Shown here in pieces: positions 61,649 to 64,000 of a DNA stretch of 64,000 bases. The notes below the pieces were generated by a model. It did not search any database. It had not been told where the DNA came from and worked only from the letters and a program-made list of their open reading frames with translations. The first letter of the stretch is position 1; the number at the start of each line of letters is the position of its first letter. The translations under genes and the position numbers were made by a program. The stretch is taken from IMG/VR virus record IMGVR_UViG_2791355197_000001, positions 23,154-87,153 of that record; one strand, written 5' to 3'. Origin of the DNA: a virus.

Positions 61649-62767
61649 ATGAACGCCGCTGTCCCCACCGCTGACGTCGCTGCCGCCGAGCCCGTGAAAT
61701 TCGCGCCCGGCATCTACTTCGGCGTGCCCGAGGACAAGTACCACCAGGACACCTCGCTCGGATCCACGAAGCTGAAGGAACTGGTGATCGACCCGATCGA
61801 GTACCAGCACGGCCGCTTGCACGGCGCCGAGCAGAAAGAGACGTTTCAGCTGAAATGGGGCCGCGCGATCCACTGCCGCGCGCTCGAGGGAAAGCAGTTC
61901 CTGTGCGAGCGTTTCCCGATCGCGCCATCCCTGGCCGACTATCCCAAAGCGCTCGTGACAATGGATCACCTGCGCGACCACGCCAAGAAACTTGGCCTCA
62001 CCAAGATCGGCAATACCAAAGCATTGGTCGCCACCGCGATCCGCGAATTCGACCAGACTATCCCCATCTGGGACGAGATCATGGCTCGGTTCGAAAATGA
62101 GCACGCTGGCAAGACCATCATCCCGCGCGAGGCGATCGAGCACATCGAGCGCGCCGTGGAATGGATGCAGCGGGAGCCGAAGCTGGCACCCGTCATGGAG
62201 GGCGGCACCTTCACCGCCGGCGCGTCCGAAGTCTCTATCTTTTACGAGGAGAACGGCGTTCGGCTGAAGGCACGCATTGACCATCTGCTTTCGCACGCGG
62301 TCGTCGACCTGAAGTCCTTCCGGCCCTTCCTGCAGGAGCGACTGAGAGAAGGCGCGAAGAAGGCGATCTCGCGCATGCGGTACGACCTGCAGGCCGCAGC
62401 ATACATCCGCGCGCTGAAGGTTGCCGCCAAGCTGTTTGCCGAGGGCAAGATTTTCGATTGTCCCTACTCGCCAGCCTTCCTCGAGTCCGTGTTTGCAGCG
62501 CTGAAGGTGGCGGAGCGCGATCCGCGATCCGAAGAGGCACTGAAATGGGTGTGGGTGCTGATCAAGGCCTCGGGCGCGCCGCAACCGGTCGTCGCTGAGT
62601 TCGATCTCGGCAGCATGATCTTCCGCCAGGCGGCCGTCGATATCGACGACGCCATCAAGAACTACCGCCTCTACGTCGAGAAGTTCGGCCTTGACCAGGA
62701 CTGGGTGCCGGAGATCCCGGCCGAGGTCTGGGGCGATACCGACTTTCCGTCATGGGCTTTCACCTGA
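61649..62767 (+). CDS. RecE-like PD-(D/E)xK exonuclease (DUF3799-like)
   Basis: YHQDTSLGSTKLK, WGRAIH, LKARIDHL...VDLKS, YDLQAAAY. Confidence 0.85.
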   Translation: MNAAVPTADVAAAEPVKFAPGIYFGVPEDKYHQDTSLGSTKLKELVIDPIEYQHGRLHGAEQKETFQLKWGRAIHCRALEGKQFLCERFPIAPSLADYPKALVTMDHLRDHAKKLGLTKIGNTKALVATAIREFDQTIPIWDEIMARFENEHAGKTIIPREAIEHIERAVEWMQREPKLAPVMEGGTFTAGASEVSIFYEENGVRLKARIDHLLSHAVVDLKSFRPFLQERLREGAKKAISRMRYDLQAAAYIRALKVAAKLFAEGKIFDCPYSPAFLESVFAALKVAERDPRSEEALKWVWVLIKASGAPQPVVAEFDLGSMIFRQAAVDIDDAIKNYRLYVEKFGLDQDWVPEIPAEVWGDTDFPSWAFT

Positions 62768-62784
62768 ACCACTGAGGACTGACG

Positions 62785-64000
62785 ATGAATATGATTGTCG
62801 AAGGCGACCCGCGCGACCAGGAACGCCAAACACTGCCCGCCGTAGTGGTAGAAAGTGCCATGCCCGCGATGCTGCGCGCGGAGATCGACGGTCAGATTGC
62901 GACCGCCAAGGCCTATCCGCGGAACGTCTCGCGTGCGATCGGCAACATCAAGAGCCTGGCGACCCTCGACGAGGAGACCGCCGCGGAGTCGCTTTACGCG
63001 CTCGTCCGTAAGAAGAAGCAGCAGAGCCGCGGCGGCAACGACTCCGCGGACACTGCCAATGCGGCAATCGAGGGTCCGAGCATTCGCCTTGCGGAGATTG
63101 CGGCCCAATGTTGGGGCAACTGCCGGATCGAAGCCCACGTCGTCACGGTCAATAAGAAGGACAAGTGGGTCGAGGCCGTTGGCACGTTCCACGATCTCGA
63201 GACCAACATGGCATCGACCGCGACTGTGCGGCGCCGGATCTCGACGTCAAGCGGCAATCTCTTCTCCGAAGACATGATCACCGTCACTGGCAACGCCGCC
63301 TGTTCGATTGCCAAGCGTAACGCGATCCTCGCTGGCATTCCGCGTGGCGTCTACCGCCCGGCTTATCATGCTGCGCGCGAGGTTGTGGCCGGTACTGCGG
63401 CTACGCTTTCGCAGAACCGCGACAAGGCTATCAAGGCCTTCGCGGCTTACGGCGTCACACCCGATCAGATCTTTGAAGCTCTGGACGTCCAGGGCGAAGC
63501 CGATATCCGTCTTGAGCACATCGCGACGCTGCGCGGCATGTTCATGTCGATCAAGAACGGCGAAGCCACGGTCGAAGAGATGTTCGCCAAGGAGAAGCCG
63601 TCTCAGGCCGATCCCGACTACAACCCCCTGACGAGGAAGGATACCGCCGCCGGCGCGAATGCAGCGGCTAGCGACCAACACCAATCCGCCGGTGAGAAGC
63701 CGGCCACGGATTCCGCCGCGGCGGAGGCAGCGCATCCATCTGGCCACGCGGCGGGACATCAACCCGCGGCCGGATCGGACAACGCTGCCACCTCGGCGCA
63801 GTCATCGGCGAAGCCAGCCCCCGCCGATGAAGGGACGAGCCAGGAGCGCACCGCCAGTGGCTCGTCCCAACCTGATTTGCTGTCCGGCCCAACCTCCGCC
63901 CAGGACGGCAAAGCGCAGTCGAGCATTCCCCAAGGCTCGGCTGCAGACGGAGCGGACGCGACCCGTGGCAATGGCGCCGCGTCCGCTCCCGATCAACTTC
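62785..64000 (+). CDS. Probable single-strand annealing / recombination protein, truncated by the window edge
   Basis: Read manually: GAGGA RBS, MNMIVEG...AEIDGQIATAKAYPRNV...IEGPSIRLAE...SIAKRNAILAGIP; follows the exonuclease. Confidence 0.65.
   Translation, partial: MNMIVEGDPRDQERQTLPAVVVESAMPAMLRAEIDGQIATAKAYPRNVSRAIGNIKSLATLDEETAAESLYALVRKKKQQSRGGNDSADTANAAIEGPSIRLAEIAAQCWGNCRIEAHVVTVNKKDKWVEAVGTFHDLETNMASTATVRRRISTSSGNLFSEDMITVTGNAACSIAKRNAILAGIPRGVYRPAYHAAREVVAGTAATLSQNRDKAIKAFAAYGVTPDQIFEALDVQGEADIRLEHIATLRGMFMSIKNGEATVEEMFAKEKPSQADPDYNPLTRKDTAAGANAAASDQHQSAGEKPATDSAAAEAAHPSGHAAGHQPAAGSDNAATSAQSSAKPAPADEGTSQERTASGSSQPDLLSGPTSAQDGKAQSSIPQGSAADGADATRGNGAASAPDQL

Larger units (their letters stand above)
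1..64000. mobile_element. Temperate siphophage (prophage) of an alphaproteobacterium; ends not in the window
   Basis: Contiguous head, tail, packaging, replication, cI/cro and recombination modules; no host housekeeping operon. Confidence 0.93.

Noticed and set aside
1-64000. Integrase, att sites, lysis genes, IS elements, tRNA or rRNA
   Set aside because: No supporting motifs were found by eye; integrase and lysis genes probably lie outside the window.

Overview
The whole window is the interior of a temperate, lambda/HK97-like siphophage (prophage) of a high-GC alphaproteobacterium. The host is probably Bradyrhizobium-like, inferred from the GcrA homologue and rhizobial-type intergenic palindromes. 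Minus strand 1-23.2 kb holds the complete tail, head and packaging module (tail tip J, NlpC/P60, tape measure, G/GT chaperone with a -1 frameshift, tail tube, HK97 capsid, ClpP-type protease, portal, terminase). Minus strand 34-52.8 kb is the cro-side early/middle operon (HNH, late regulator, XRE-ImmA/DUF4411 pair, DnaB, primase, four methyltransferases, beta clamp, RuvC, GcrA, cII, cro). It is followed by cI, an accessory region, a displaced initiator/loader module with an iteron origin, and a plus-strand PL-type operon with recombination genes. No integrase, lysis cassette, rRNA, tRNA or CRISPR array was seen. The most unusual part is 23.96-33.95 kb, a plus-strand array of about 17 mostly unknown genes lying between the HNH gene and the small terminase, next to the probable cos end. 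It includes DUF932 and a DUF3560-methyltransferase, starts and ends with paralogous HTH genes, and is punctuated by three families of short repeats. Motif A is a covarying hairpin directly before the ribosome-binding sites. Motif B follows stop codons. Motif C lies at apparent domain junctions inside genes. My interpretation is a repeat-assembled, first-injected anti-defence cassette array. All product calls come from motif recognition by eye; no database search was run.
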